A stretch of DNA of 62,390 nt, filler included, from Vannella sp. (Eukaryota): the NCBI GenBank assembly GCA_023345925.1. It is 7 parts of 7 records of this genome, joined end to end, with 100 filler letters (N's around TTAATTAATTAA, not from the genome) between each part and the next. Parts side by side here need not be neighbours in the genome. Positions count along the whole stretch, not along the records: positions 40,103 to 51,285 come from JAJQQN010000431.1; positions 51,386 to 62,390 come from JAJQQN010000300.1; 5 more parts are not named here. One strand, written 5' to 3'. How positions within the stretch are numbered: position 1 is the first letter of the stretch; the number at the start of each line of letters is the position of its first letter. Of this stretch, positions 45,618 to 56,879 are shown piece by piece. The translations under genes and the position numbers were made by a program. The notes below the pieces were generated by a model. The model made no database searches and had not been told where the DNA came from. It saw nothing but the letters and a program-made list of their open reading frames with translations.

Positions 45618-46950
45618 TTATGGTACTGAGGGGTTTGTGTGAGAATGTTGCTCTACCCAAGTCAGCATCACCTTCATGTTAATGAGCATCAGGCGAGTAG
45701 CGTGTACAGAAGTGTCCAAATCGCCAGAAGAACCGAAACATTTGATGTTCATGTTTCCCACACTTTCTCCAAGAATACTGAAAGGAAGTCGCTGATTACG
45801 GTCTATGGACCGAGAATATTGATCTATCTCTGATAAACAATAGAGGAAGGCCACTTGGGCACCGTCATAGCGCCGTTTGGAGTCATAATTCATCTCTTTG
45901 GAACCAAATAGTGGCAAAGAACTCTCTTTTTTGGAGTCTGAAGCAGTCCCTAGCGGCTGTAAATAGGAGCAGCTACCATGGGGTATTAGCTTATAACGAG
46001 AGAACTGGAAGCGAAGAGTCTTTGAGAAGTAAAACAAGAGTTGAGAGGCAAACCCCCAACCGGCATTGATCTCCGCCCAAGGGACGGGGGATCGAGGCAG
46101 AGATACCAATCGCTTTCCATTGATTAGACCAAACTGAGACTCTGTTGAGATCTGGAAGGCTTGATTGGGGACGCAGTTCCAGCGAAGTTGGTCCAAATGG
46201 ACTTTGGCCCTCACATGTTTTCGGATCTGACCGTTTGACCCTGCACGGAAGTCCCAGCGAGCGTTATCGTGACCATTGCACTCTATCCAGAAGCTAGAAT
46301 GCCCTTCAAGCATCAGTGTCCGTCTCTGTTCATCAAAGTGGCTCATACCGATCCACGAGGAGGTCAATCTCTGAGGATAAGAGGATGTGTCGTTCTAAAG
46401 TACGGTTCGTACGTTCAAGTTGATGCAAGAGCTCTGTCTCGCGTGCAAGTAGCTCTACTTCCTCCTTTTCTAGCTGCCAAAAGGGAGAAGTGTCAAAGAA
46501 AGCGGAAGGAATGAAGAAGAGACGCACCTGGGACACTTCTCCTTCACTTGAGTCCTGAATACAAACAGATTCATCGAGCTTATGGACTCCAAACTGGTCT
46601 AGGACCCGTTGGTAGTCTTGTGTACTCGTTCGGAGACGTTCGAGCACTATTTGATCCTTCTTGATGAATGACTTGGCACATTCATAGCACTGAGGGTGTA
46701 GATACTTTGTCTGGCAACTACCAGCATGAAAGACATCCTTCAAAGAACCCCCAGCCCTGACATTCGGCCCTCTCCCTAACCCCTTCGAAGCGTCCCCATC
46801 TCCTCCGTCCTCCAACTCCTCCTCCAAAGACTCCTGCATATGAAGAGGTGCCTTGCAACACGCGCACATAAACTCTCCCTCTTGGTACCGCTCGGGAGGG
46901 CCTGAAACCTCGTCCACCCCCAACTGCGCCACTTCCACCAGAAAGGACAT
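45618..46950 (-). CDS. ATG6: Beclin-1/Atg6, multi-exon
   Basis: CACC...HPQCYEC, coiled coil, BARA motifs FGLINGKRL, VPWAEINAGWG, YKLIPHGSCS, LPLFG, FLYCL. Confidence 0.9.
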
Positions 46951-46983
46951 TCAAAGAGTGGCCAAAGCTTTTGCGTTGGCTAT

Positions 46984-49523
46984 TTACAAAGAAGAAGGGA
47001 AGAACGTTGCTGGGCTCTCGATGAGAGTGCTGATAATGAGAGCGTGAATGCCCGAATTGGCAAAGTCCACGTAAGGGTCACGTGACCGGAGGAGCGTTGG
47101 TCCAAAGACGATGCCAAGGTTGCGAGGGTTCATCTTGTTGATGCTTTCGTCTTTGACAATGCGGGCGCAAAGGTCCATAAGCCTCCGAAGGCTTCGAAAG
47201 TTGACTGAAGGCAACTGCTGGAGAGTCTGGATGAGTTTGGGGACGTCAAAGCATGGCGTTTCGCCTTTCCCTTTGCCCAAAAGTTCAGAATTAGCGACTG
47301 GGGAAAAGGGAAACGTACGATGAGTAGCAATGAGGCTTTCGTAGAGAGCCATAGGGATAAGAGGGTCTTCTAATCCCCTCAAATAGTGCTTGAAGGCGCT
47401 GGCAATGTCATGGATGTCCGCCCCATCCATGCTAGGATTGGCATTCTTGAAACTGTTGTACACGCGTTCCATTGCTGACTTGCTCCCAGAAAGGCGGAAG
47501 ATTCCTTCTTCCATCCAAGCTTCCATTTTGAACAGTTGGGTGACCATTAAGTCAACCACAGTGAAGCTGATATGAGTAATGTCTCTTTCCTCGACTGCAT
47601 AGTTGCCTGAGATGGCCAGCGTGGGAATAAGCATCAGCTGCTCCTTGAGTGTGTCCTGAGCTTCATCTTTTGGCTTCAAAGTGAAAGAGAGCCGCTGAAT
47701 GCCGACCTGAGTTTGGACTGCCAGACGCCGAATCTCTCGAAGAAGTCCTTTGCGGATACCCAGCGCACGTATATTGAGGACTGAAGAGAAGCATCAGAAC
47801 GATTAGCTGTGGAAGGAATCACTTACCGTCTCGCAGTGTCTCGTTGGTGAGCGAAAACAGCTTCTCTCCGTTGTATCCTCCCTGGCGGAAGTCTGCTGAG
47901 AACTCTCCATACCCATTAGAGGTCAGCCATTGGCATACTTCCTCCACTGTCCAAAGGAAAACGTTGGAAGGCAAATCAGATCCATTCTTAGGGCCCTTGC
48001 TGCTTTCCCTTAGACGCTCATTCACTTTCTGTCTTTGTACCAAGTGGGGAGGGAGCCTCTTGAACTCAAGAATGTCATTATCCCCATATCCAAGACTACC
48101 AAAAGTTTCTGTGCTTTCCAGTGGCGCGCCAAGTGGCTCAAAAAGTCCGTAGAGCGCGGCCAGGTTCAGATTCTGCTCCGAAGGGTTCGCTTGTTGGAAC
48201 AGTCGAGTAGAGGCCTCTGCCACAGTGCAGTTCCTTGAGAATTTGATCAACTTGGATCCAGACGACTCCACAAGAAGGATCTTCAGTAGAAGCTCGCCTT
48301 CATTGCTGACCTTGGCCTTGACACTTTCGTAGACGACACTCTGGCATCATTCATCAGCCCAATCAGGATAACGGTGAGGAGATATGACTTACTGAAATAG
48401 AATAGGAAGAAAGGAGCTTCTCCCAATCAAGCTGGGAGCTATCAGAATGGAATAAACCAAACTTCGCTGCCTTCTGCAAGTGCTTGTGGGGGATTAGCTG
48501 CCACAGTCCTCTGACGGTGGTAGTACACGGGTTGTACATAATAGACTGTTCTTTAGACATTCCCTGTACGGCACTCTGCACTTGCATAGAGCGAGTGTTC
48601 TTCTGTGGGCGATTGTCGAGTCAGTAAGTGAGAAATGCTGTTCCCTGAATCCTTACTTGGGCCATTCCCTTTGCCCGGAGATGGACCTCCTCATTGTCAA
48701 GAAGAAGGAAAGTGTAAAGAGGACGCTCAGGAGGTAGAACGATGCCAGTTCGGGGAACAAACAACTCGCTGGAGCTCCCTTCCAGTGGAGTGTTCCGTTT
48801 GACCAAGTCAACTGCTTTTTCGGCGGTTAGAAGGGTAGAAACGTGAAGTGTCTTGCGTATAGAGTGGTCAGGAATGAAGATGGATAGGATTACTTGCTCC
48901 TGTGCAATGTCAGACAGGAAAGAGAGACTTTCGAACCACACAAAGTCGCTCTTCTCGCCACTCGGCACGTTGTTGGCCTTCCCTGGGAACACCTTCTCTT
49001 TGTTTCTTCCTTTGTTTGACTTATCCTTCGCAGGTTGAGGCATCGGAGAAGGCTTGCTCTTAATACCAGGGACCGGAGGGGCTTTGGTGGGCCGATACTC
49101 CTCTGCTACCCGCTTGTTTGGCACAGGAGAGGCTTCTTTAAGCTTAGTAGGTGCAGCGCCAGCCTGTCTGATGCTTGCAAGAAGGTCCTTCTTCGCCTTC
49201 TTCCAGTCCATGAGAGCGGGAGCCTTTTTAACTTCAGGTTCGCTTGGTAGAGGCGGGCAGGCAGGTGCAGTCAATGGTGGACGTTGGGGTTGTAACACTT
49301 GACTAACTAGTTGCCTGCGATCGTTCATATCGATAATACCAGCCAGCTGCAAGACACTGTCGCGTTGGCCCTTATTCAGTCGCACAGAACGCCCTCTACT
49401 CGACTCCAGATCCCCAGGAGAGACTCGAGAAGCAGGAGGAGGTGGCGGCAGAGGTCTTTTACCTTCCAAAGGCTCCCCACGAGCAACTGGCGGGCGTCCA
49501 CCACGTCCGCCTCGACCGTACAT
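46984..49523 (-). CDS. Pro-rich/WH2, ubiquitin-like repeats, SAM and RhoGAP protein, multi-exon
   Basis: KDLLASIRQAG...LK (WH2-like); three Ubl-like blocks; WTVEEVCQWL (SAM); EEGIFRLSG, FKHYLRGLEDPLIP, NKMNPRNLGIVFGPTLL. Confidence 0.87.
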
Positions 49524-49626
49524 GAGCAAATGGTCTTTTCGTCCTCTCCTTGACTGCCTTATGCTGTCTGCTTGCGTCTGAGAACGCTTTATATTGAATA
49601 AGAGTATCCTCCAGAGAAGGAGGAGC

Positions 49627-50084
49627 TCAAACTTGCTGGTAGACGTCTCCAGTGTCCTTGTCAAAAGGGCTGTCTTTGGAGAAGGAGAATCCTTCCTGGG
49701 ATAGACTGTCAGTTTGTTTAGGAGGTGCGCTACGCTCTAAGCTCTCTCTGATGGAGAATACAGCCATGACCAGCTCACAAATGAGACGGAGGAGCAAGAA
49801 ACCGACTATGAGGCTGAGGATACCAGAGAAGAGTCCCTCAAAGAAGCCGCTCCACCCGTAGAGAGAAGTAAGCCAGATCAAATGGCTGCACCAACATGTC
49901 AGCCGCAACCTCCCATAGAACCAGAGCACAACACTTACAAGACAGCCGAAACCACCAAAAAGATCAACCCCGCGTAGTAGAAGATCCGGGCGATACCCCC
50001 TCCTTGCCAAGAACGCAAGAAGATCAACTCTTTGGGGTTAAGGCGAGCTTCCGGAAAGCCTTCCGTGTCCACCAACGAGTACAT
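49627..50084 (-). CDS. DUF4282-like small membrane protein, 2 exons
   Basis: Intron 49886-49938; IARIFYYAGLIFLVV...LLLRLICELVMAVFSIRESL matches my recollection of the DUF4282 pattern. Confidence 0.7.
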
Positions 50085-50180
50085 GGCGTTGGTCTAAGGT
50101 GAAATGAACTCTCCAATCCCAGCCAGGCTGTTCATCCGAGGAGTAAAACAATAATGATTATTCAGAAAGTCTCCAAACTC

Positions 50181-51285
50181 TCATTTTATGACAGCCTGGC
50201 AAGTTGGATCAGAGGGGAGTCGATAGAGGACGGTATTGCGACCGGTGAAGGGGAGGGAAGTACGTTGGATGGGGAGGGTCGGTTCCTTGTGGAATTGAAG
50301 GAAGTGGAGGAGTCGTTCGTAGGTGAGGACAGGGTGGTTGTGGATGTGTCGGTTAGGGAAGAGCTCTGCGTACACGCAGCAAGGAACTAAGGCAAATGGC
50401 TTGTTGAAATAGCTGGCATATTCGATAATGGCATCGGTGGCTTCATCTGGATGCATTCCGACCACCAGGGAGCACTCTTCAAAGAGACTCCAAAGTCCTA
50501 CAGCTTCCAGACCAGCCCGATCCTCCTCTGGAGAATGCAAGGCGATCTGTTTGTGACCAAAGGAAGCAATGTGATGCTTTCGGAGATGCTTCTTCTGTCT
50601 CCCGCTGAGAAAGACGGAGCGAGGATCCACTAATGTGCATTGGATCGAGCGTAAGCAGTGTAGCTCCCATGAAATAGCTCCCTTTCCTCCTGCTACATCA
50701 ATAACACCTCCTCCTGAGGTGAGGTAATCCTTCCCAAAGGTATCTATCAGCCATTGGGCGAAGAGCTTGGTCCTCTCCTTCTTGTGCAGCGGATCCTCGC
50801 AATGGATCTCATCTCTTTCCACCTGCGCTTGTTCTTCTACCTCTTCTCTCTCCTCCCAATCCTCATGGAGTCCAGAAGGAGCAGATCGAGAGGGAGTGAA
50901 CCCAAAGATCCGAGTCACCTTCATAAGAAGCGGGCCTTCCTCGCTCAACCCAGGTTGCAGTACCCACGTGGGAAGCTTTTCCTCTGCATAGAGCTCGGGT
51001 GCCTCTCTGTACGCCAAACAATCAATGCGAGAGCCAACCGTGAGGACTTTCCGGAACCGATCAGAAGACATCTCCTTCTCCCCTCCCTCCTTGAAGCCTC
51101 CGTCCTCCTCTGGTTGGATATGGACAACCTTGTCATCCGAGTAGATCACTAAAGTGATGGTTTCCCGTGGCTGAGGAGCAAACGAGGTCTTGTAACGATA
51201 ATACAAGTCTTCTTTGTCGTTGATGACGCTCGCCAGCTCTCCACCCTCCTCTCCTCGCTCCCCCTCCACCAAGGAGAAGAGGTTG
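50181..51285 (-). CDS. Uncharacterised class I SAM-dependent methyltransferase (5' truncated)
   Basis: VIDVAGGKG, CTLVDPR, VGMHPDEAT, FALVPCCV. Confidence 0.82.
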
Positions 51286-51385
51286 NNNNNNNNNNNNNNN
51301 NNNNNNNNNNNNNNNNNNNNNNNNNNNNNTTAATTAATTAANNNNNNNNNNNNNNNNNNNNNNNNNNNNNNNNNNNNNNNNNNNN

Positions 51386-51800
51386 CCCTAAAGCCTCTCA
51401 AGCCCTAGATTCCCCACACCCACCCTCTTATCATTGCCTTCCACGCCCCTCTCAGTCCATCTGCACTCAGCCCCCTTCTCAATGTCCTCTTAATTCAGCC
51501 CTCTAAGTCGTCCTCACGGCCTCTCCTCCCTTTTAAGCCCCTCTCGTCCTCCAAAACCCCTTCCAAACCCTCCAAGCCAATCTGGAGTCCCCCACACGAC
51601 CCCCAACCGCCACCAAACCCTCTTCCCAAGGCATCTCAACCTCTCAACCTCTCAATGCCTCCAAACCCAACTCAGTCCCTTCAACGTCCCCTCCAATTCT
51701 TTCACGCTCGAAGCTCTTCACGACCCCCACACACGATCTTTCATTGCCTTCCACGCCCCTCTCAGCCCCATCTGCACTCAGTCCCTTCAAGGTCCGATCC
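51386..51800. repeat. C-rich degenerate repeat region
   Basis: About 43-nt block TCATTGCCTTCCACGCCCCTCTCAG...TCTGCACTCAG at 51431 and 51741 (310-nt spacing); CTCAGTCCCTTCAA at 51671 and 51777; very few G on the plus strand. Confidence 0.8.
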
Positions 51801-52070
51801 TTTCACGCCGCTCAGAGGGTCTACCGATCCGGTGATTCGGAGTTCAGAGAGTAATCCTTTTAGCTGATTGATCATAAAGGAGAGCTCTTCGCAAGTCTGT
51901 TTGGGACGAGAGATGAGGGCTTTCATCCTCTGGAAGAACTGGTCGTGGCGAACGAATGCAGCGGCGAAACGAGTGTTATTCTCCTGTTCCTGAGCCACGG
52001 TTTCATGAAGAAAATGACACGCAAATTCCAAGATCTGGGGGAACAGAGAAGTCACGAGCGGCGAGGGCAT
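51762..52070 (-). CDS. Small helical ORF starting inside dispersed repeat copy 3 (52045-52093)
   Basis: MPSPLVTSLF... The same ATG context gives MPSPLT at 308 and 29479 on the minus strand. Confidence 0.4.
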   Translation of the reverse strand: MPSPLVTSLFPQILEFACHFLHETVAQEQENNTRFAAAFVRHDQFFQRMKALISRPKQTCEELSFMINQLKGLLSELRITGSVDPLSGVKGSDLEGTECRWG

Positions 52071-52431
52071 TTTCCCTTGTTTGGGTCGTCCTCGACGTCG
52101 GCTGGTTGGAGGTTGATGGTACCAGATCACCTCGAGGACTAAAGTTACCCATTACCAGGGAGCTTGGTGGCCCTTGCGTAATGTCATCCCTGAAGAGGTG
52201 GAGGTCATCATGGCAAGCTCTCCGCTATTTGGGCTGCCAGAGTCTCCGTAGAAATGTTCTCCACTCCAATATTCCTGCTGGGGATCACACTAAGCAACTC
52301 CTCATAATCCGTTGAGACGGCAGGAAATGAGTAAGCGGAAGACCCAATCACTTACCGCAATCTGATTGGCTTCGGATGTGATCACCAATGAATACAATGA
52401 CGAAGGGATTAAATGCGGAGGAAGGAATCAA

Positions 52432-53431
52432 TTAGGAAGTGGGTGCTTTGGGGTTCCAAGTGCCGGGTCCGTAAACTTTGGGGTCGTTCGAAGCGATCTC
52501 AAGAGATCTACGGTAGCAGGCCCAGACGATCTCTGCAACGGTGGCGCGGAGACCGTGCTTTTCGGCTTGGTGGAGGGCGGAAGCGGTAGTCCCGCCAGGA
52601 GAGGTCACGGCAGCTTTGAGTTCGGAGAAGTTCTGCTTTCCGTGTTGGGAGAGAGCAAAGTTGACGGATCCCTGCATACTCTTCATGGCCATGATCTCAG
52701 CTTGGCGTCTTGGAAGACCGCAATGAACGGCGGCGTCGGTCATGGCTTCCATGATCAAGAAGAAGTAGGCTGGGGAGGATCCACTGATAGCTGTGGAGAT
52801 CTGAAAGGGTGTCAGACCATCTTCTGTTTGCAAAGACACGTTATTACAGGCTTACATCAAGGTGGGCTTCCTTTGCCAGCTCCATCGGATGTCCAAGAGT
52901 CTCGAACAGGCTCACAACCATCTCTCGGTGATGGTCATGCACGTCAGGGGTAAGATAGTAAGGTATTACTCCTTGTCTGATCTTCACAGGCGTGTTGGGC
53001 ATACAACGACAGACTCGGTTGTGTTGCATCGCCAAGGATATGCGCTTCATTGGGACTGCAGCGAGTATGGAGATAACTAGAGCATCCTCCTTGAGTCCCC
53101 CATCAACATCCTTGGCAACAGTGTCAAGGTCGGTGGGTTTGACGCCCAAAAAGACAACATCGCCCTCCCTCGCTGCCAATTGATTGTCTGTGGTGACGTG
53201 GATAGTTGGAAACATCTCACGAGCAACTTTTGCAGACTCTTCACTGCTCGAGGGATGAGCTACGGCTGTCCAGTATCAAGCCACTCACTTGTACTGCGAA
53301 GCGATGACGTTCTCGGGACGAATGATGCCATCCTGAAGGAGGGGCTGCAGGAAGTGGGAAGCCATCTGACCTAGCCCTATGAAAGAGAACTTCAGGTCCT
53401 TCATGAGGTGCCGAGATAGGGGAGCTGCCAT
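52432..53431 (-). CDS. proC: Pyrroline-5-carboxylate reductase, 3 exons
   Basis: FIGLGQMA, VFLGVKP, RCMPNTP, TAISGSSPAY, VTSPGGTT. Confidence 0.96.
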
Positions 53432-53517
53432 CCGCACTGGCTGAAGAGCGAATGACCTTATTACACCGAAGGGAAGGGGCTGGATGTAGTCAAGTAGTTG
53501 ATGGGTTTAGTGGCATG

Positions 53518-53842
53518 TTACTGAGTCTCCACTGGAGGCTTGTTCTCGAGCTCCTCAGCGATCAGGTCGCGGTTTCGCCCTCGGAAGCGCAGCCTTTGGT
53601 CTAACTGAGAGTGAAGATGAGTTTCCTTTCCTTTAGACCATAGATAGAGAAGGACCTACTTGGCTCTTGCGGCAGATGTACAAAGCATTGCTCAATCCAT
53701 AACATTGCGTGCTAATGGACTTATCGTCCGCTTTCATGAGAGTGTAGCACTCCTGAAAGGTTCGTTTGTCTCTCTGCATGCAATCTGATTCACGAATGCA
53801 CTTGAGAAGAGCTTCTGTGGCATTGGGGCACGCGTCTCCCAT
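53518..53842 (-). CDS. COA5: Cytochrome c oxidase assembly factor Coa5/Pet191, 2 exons
   Basis: Cys pattern C..LLKCIRESDC...ECY...QC...ICRKSQ|LDQRLRFRG. Confidence 0.85.
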
Positions 53843-53902
53843 GGCCCTTCGAGGAAATGGACTCTTTTAGTGTTCTCTGATAGCTTTGAGTGCTCTATAC
53901 GG

Positions 53903-54699
53903 TTACTCGCTCTTCCCGTAGATCTTATCCATCTTAAGGATGGCCTCTGCGGCCTTCTTCTTGAACATATTGACGAGGAACGAGGGCACATTGCCACGTG
54001 GGTCCACATGATCCACCAATGTCAGCCGGTAGCTCCCTGGTTCTCCTTCGATCGGTGTGAAGAGTCGTGCGTTGCGCGTTGTCGCCCTCTGTGCCTGGGT
54101 TAACGAACACTGCCTTCCCATGTAGCTACGTACGACCGTGTTGGCTTTAAAGGGCTTCTTCTCCAGGTTAACGGACTGGGATACGATCAAAACAGAGTCT
54201 CCGTCGTGTGGGTACACGTTGCGGAGTGTAAGGAAGTCGCGATTGCTCACTGGAAGCCCGTCAACTTCTCATGCTCGACATACAAGCAAGCTTTACGCAC
54301 CTCCCATGGGTGTGCTAAAGTTAGAGTAAGAGATATACATCTCAGGCTTCCCTGGCACAACGTGGACCATCTCGTGTTCGAGGATGTCCGTGTTGACCTT
54401 CCTGCGCTCTTCCAAGCCTCCATTGGTGAAGGTATCCATCATCTCCTTCAAGTCTATGTTCTTGAGGATGCCAGACGCACGCACAACGTGAATGGCTGAG
54501 CCAGGAATCTGTAGCTGGTCGATATTGATGCCGTCAACCTCAGCATAGAACTTCCCTCTCGTGAGACGGCAGTTGGAGTTGTAAGAAGGCGAGTGGTTAC
54601 CTTCCAACCATCGCTTTCGGTTCCATTCAACCAGGCCAGGCGAATGTCCTTCTGCTCTTCAAGAACCCTCTCCATGTCTGCGTCCTGCTCCCAGCCCAT
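53903..54699 (-). CDS. START-domain lipid-binding protein, multi-exon
   Basis: VSNRDFLTLR, SVN, VVRS, VDPRGNVPSFLVN. Confidence 0.88.
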
Positions 54700-54871
54700 C
54701 AGAACGAGCCAGTCCTGCAGATGCGAGTCATCCCTACCGTGATAGGAGAAGGCATCTCCTCGTACTTCCATTCAGTTACGGGTTCCACCTTCCCAGTCAG
54801 CTTCCCCCACATGGGCGAGTGCACCAAGAAATGGCTCCCAACGAACCCCTTTGTGACTAAAAGCGAGTGTA

Positions 54872-55621
54872 TCACACAGGGGGCTTGGGAAGGGGCTTTG
54901 GAGGGGGCTTAGGAAGGGGTTTAGCTCCTCCTGGAACGGGCAAAGGTTTGTAGGGAAAGGGAGTGGCCGGGAGGGCGGGGGTTTCGTTGGTTTCAGCTTT
55001 GAGGGAAGAAGAGGGAAGAGAAGGAGTCACAGCAGGAGGTGGTACGCTTGCAGGTCGGGCGGCAGCGAGCAAATCTGCTGTTGGGAGGATCCTGATGGGG
55101 GTGAACTGGCCTTCTCCGTCAAGATTAGTGACGGCTTCTTTGTCTCCGTCCCATCCAGAGACATGCTGGAAGTCAGAGGGACGGCCAATCTGCATGTCTG
55201 AGAGGAAGGTGAGCTAACGAAGGCTATCTCGATCTCACCTACACTTGAATGGGTCACTGGCAGTGATCTGCTCATCAACACGTTGCTCTACACCTGACTT
55301 CTTGATGTATCGGACCAGGCCAGTGATCCAGTAGTCCATTTCGAACTCCTCCTCGGCGCAAAGATGGTACGTCCTCGAGATTGTGTTCACCTGGAAGGCA
55401 AAGGGAGCTGCGTTCAGTGTTGGATGAACCGAAGCGATCTCGTCCAAAGGAAGATAGCCCAAGTTCAACTCAACGCCATCCTCTTCTTGCTTAAAGTAGA
55501 AGAGATACTGCTTCTCCCTGCGGAAGTACCTCTTCTTATAGAAGAGAGCTCCCATTCCCTCTCCCTTCTTCTTCAACCATCCTTCTAACCGCTGCGAATC
55601 GTCCTTTCCCTTGGGAGGCAT
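54872..55621 (-). CDS. PH, CRIB and proline-rich adaptor, 2 exons
   Basis: EGWLKKKG...KKRYF...LFYFK...RTYHLCAE...WITGL; IGRPSDFQHV; KPLPKPP repeats. Confidence 0.88.
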
Positions 55622-55914
55622 CCACCCACGAGGTCCCGAAGAGGCCAATGAAATGTGAAGGACTTTCACTCCCTAAGGTGGAAGCTCTCCCTCTCCAAGA
55701 GACCTTTCCCCTTCTTTCAGCTTATTTGAGAGTCCAGCGCTTCTGACTGGTCCCTTTGATGAACTGGCGTAGGACTTGGGCCAATGCTCCCTCGTAGGGA
55801 TGATCTTGTTGTAAGTGGCACCAATGTGGACCATTCCCTTGGTTATGGTATGCCAGGAGAGGGAGAGGAGAAGTGCAAGGTCCCCAAAAGAGACTCTTCC
55901 ATCATTCAAGAGGT

Positions 55915-56780
55915 TTAGTTGACCTTTTTGCGGGCTCCGCTGGTCCCGTGCAGCCAATCGCAGAGACCGATGGCGCCAAAGTTATACTTGAACGCTTCGT
56001 GGTGGTAGTCGTGGGGGCCAGCCTTGCTAGTCCAAGGAAACTCGTAGCCCGAGTGTGAGTTGATGGTGTTCACGATCCCTATCGTCAACCACAGCCACAT
56101 CTCCATGATGTGAGCTTGGAACAAGACTGGCCCGAGGATCAGAGGGGCCAGATTCGCTATCAGATGCTCGATGGGGTGCGCATAGATGCACGCCATTCCA
56201 ACGGGTGCTGTGAACCGGTGGTGGAAGCTGTGAATGTGTTTGTACAAGTAACGTGAGTGGAAGGCATAGTGGGAGTAGTAGAAGCCGATCTCCTCGACCA
56301 CAGCAAAGCCAACCAGGTGCCAGAAGACTGTGAAGAGGGTCGGCAATTCTCTGTCCTGACGCACTCCATAGTTGACGCTATCGCCCAAAGCATTAGACCA
56401 CAAGTAGAGCCAGTGATAGAGGGTGTCTTCTTACTAGGAGGAGAAGGAGAAGATGGAGACAGAGAAGAGAACGGCAATCATTTGGCTGATGAGAGCTTGA
56501 ACAATCGTCTTCTTGTATACTTCCCAGCCATGCGCGTGCTTCTACATGCCAATTATAGTGTTAGAGAAGCTTCAAAGCACTCAACCGACACCCCCACCCT
56601 CTGAATCTTGTACTTGTAAAGGAATGCTGGGGCTTGAGTGATGTCCAATCCCATCAACGCCAAGGTCAGCGGCCAGAACACAGCCATATGAATGACCAAC
56701 GTCAAAGTGACGAACGCATGGAAGGGACTGCCTTGATCGTACACCCACCCCCAAGCCGCGTCGACCACCCACATCACCAT
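55915..56780 (-). CDS. Fatty acid hydroxylase/sterol desaturase superfamily protein (FAXDC2-like)
   Basis: His boxes FYYSHYAFH, HSFHH, AHPIEH, HSGY, HDYHH; KYKIQ. Confidence 0.92.
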
Positions 56781-56879
56781 CCTCTCTAAGAATGACCTCT
56801 CCCAGCCCTTTCCCTTCAACAGCCCATACAATTTAATATTCTGAATTCATTTTCTTGGTGCTCCTTTCGGTTGGCGCGG

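Noticed and set aside
51386..51392. CCCTAAA as a telomere
   Set aside because: Only one unit, with no tandem array.
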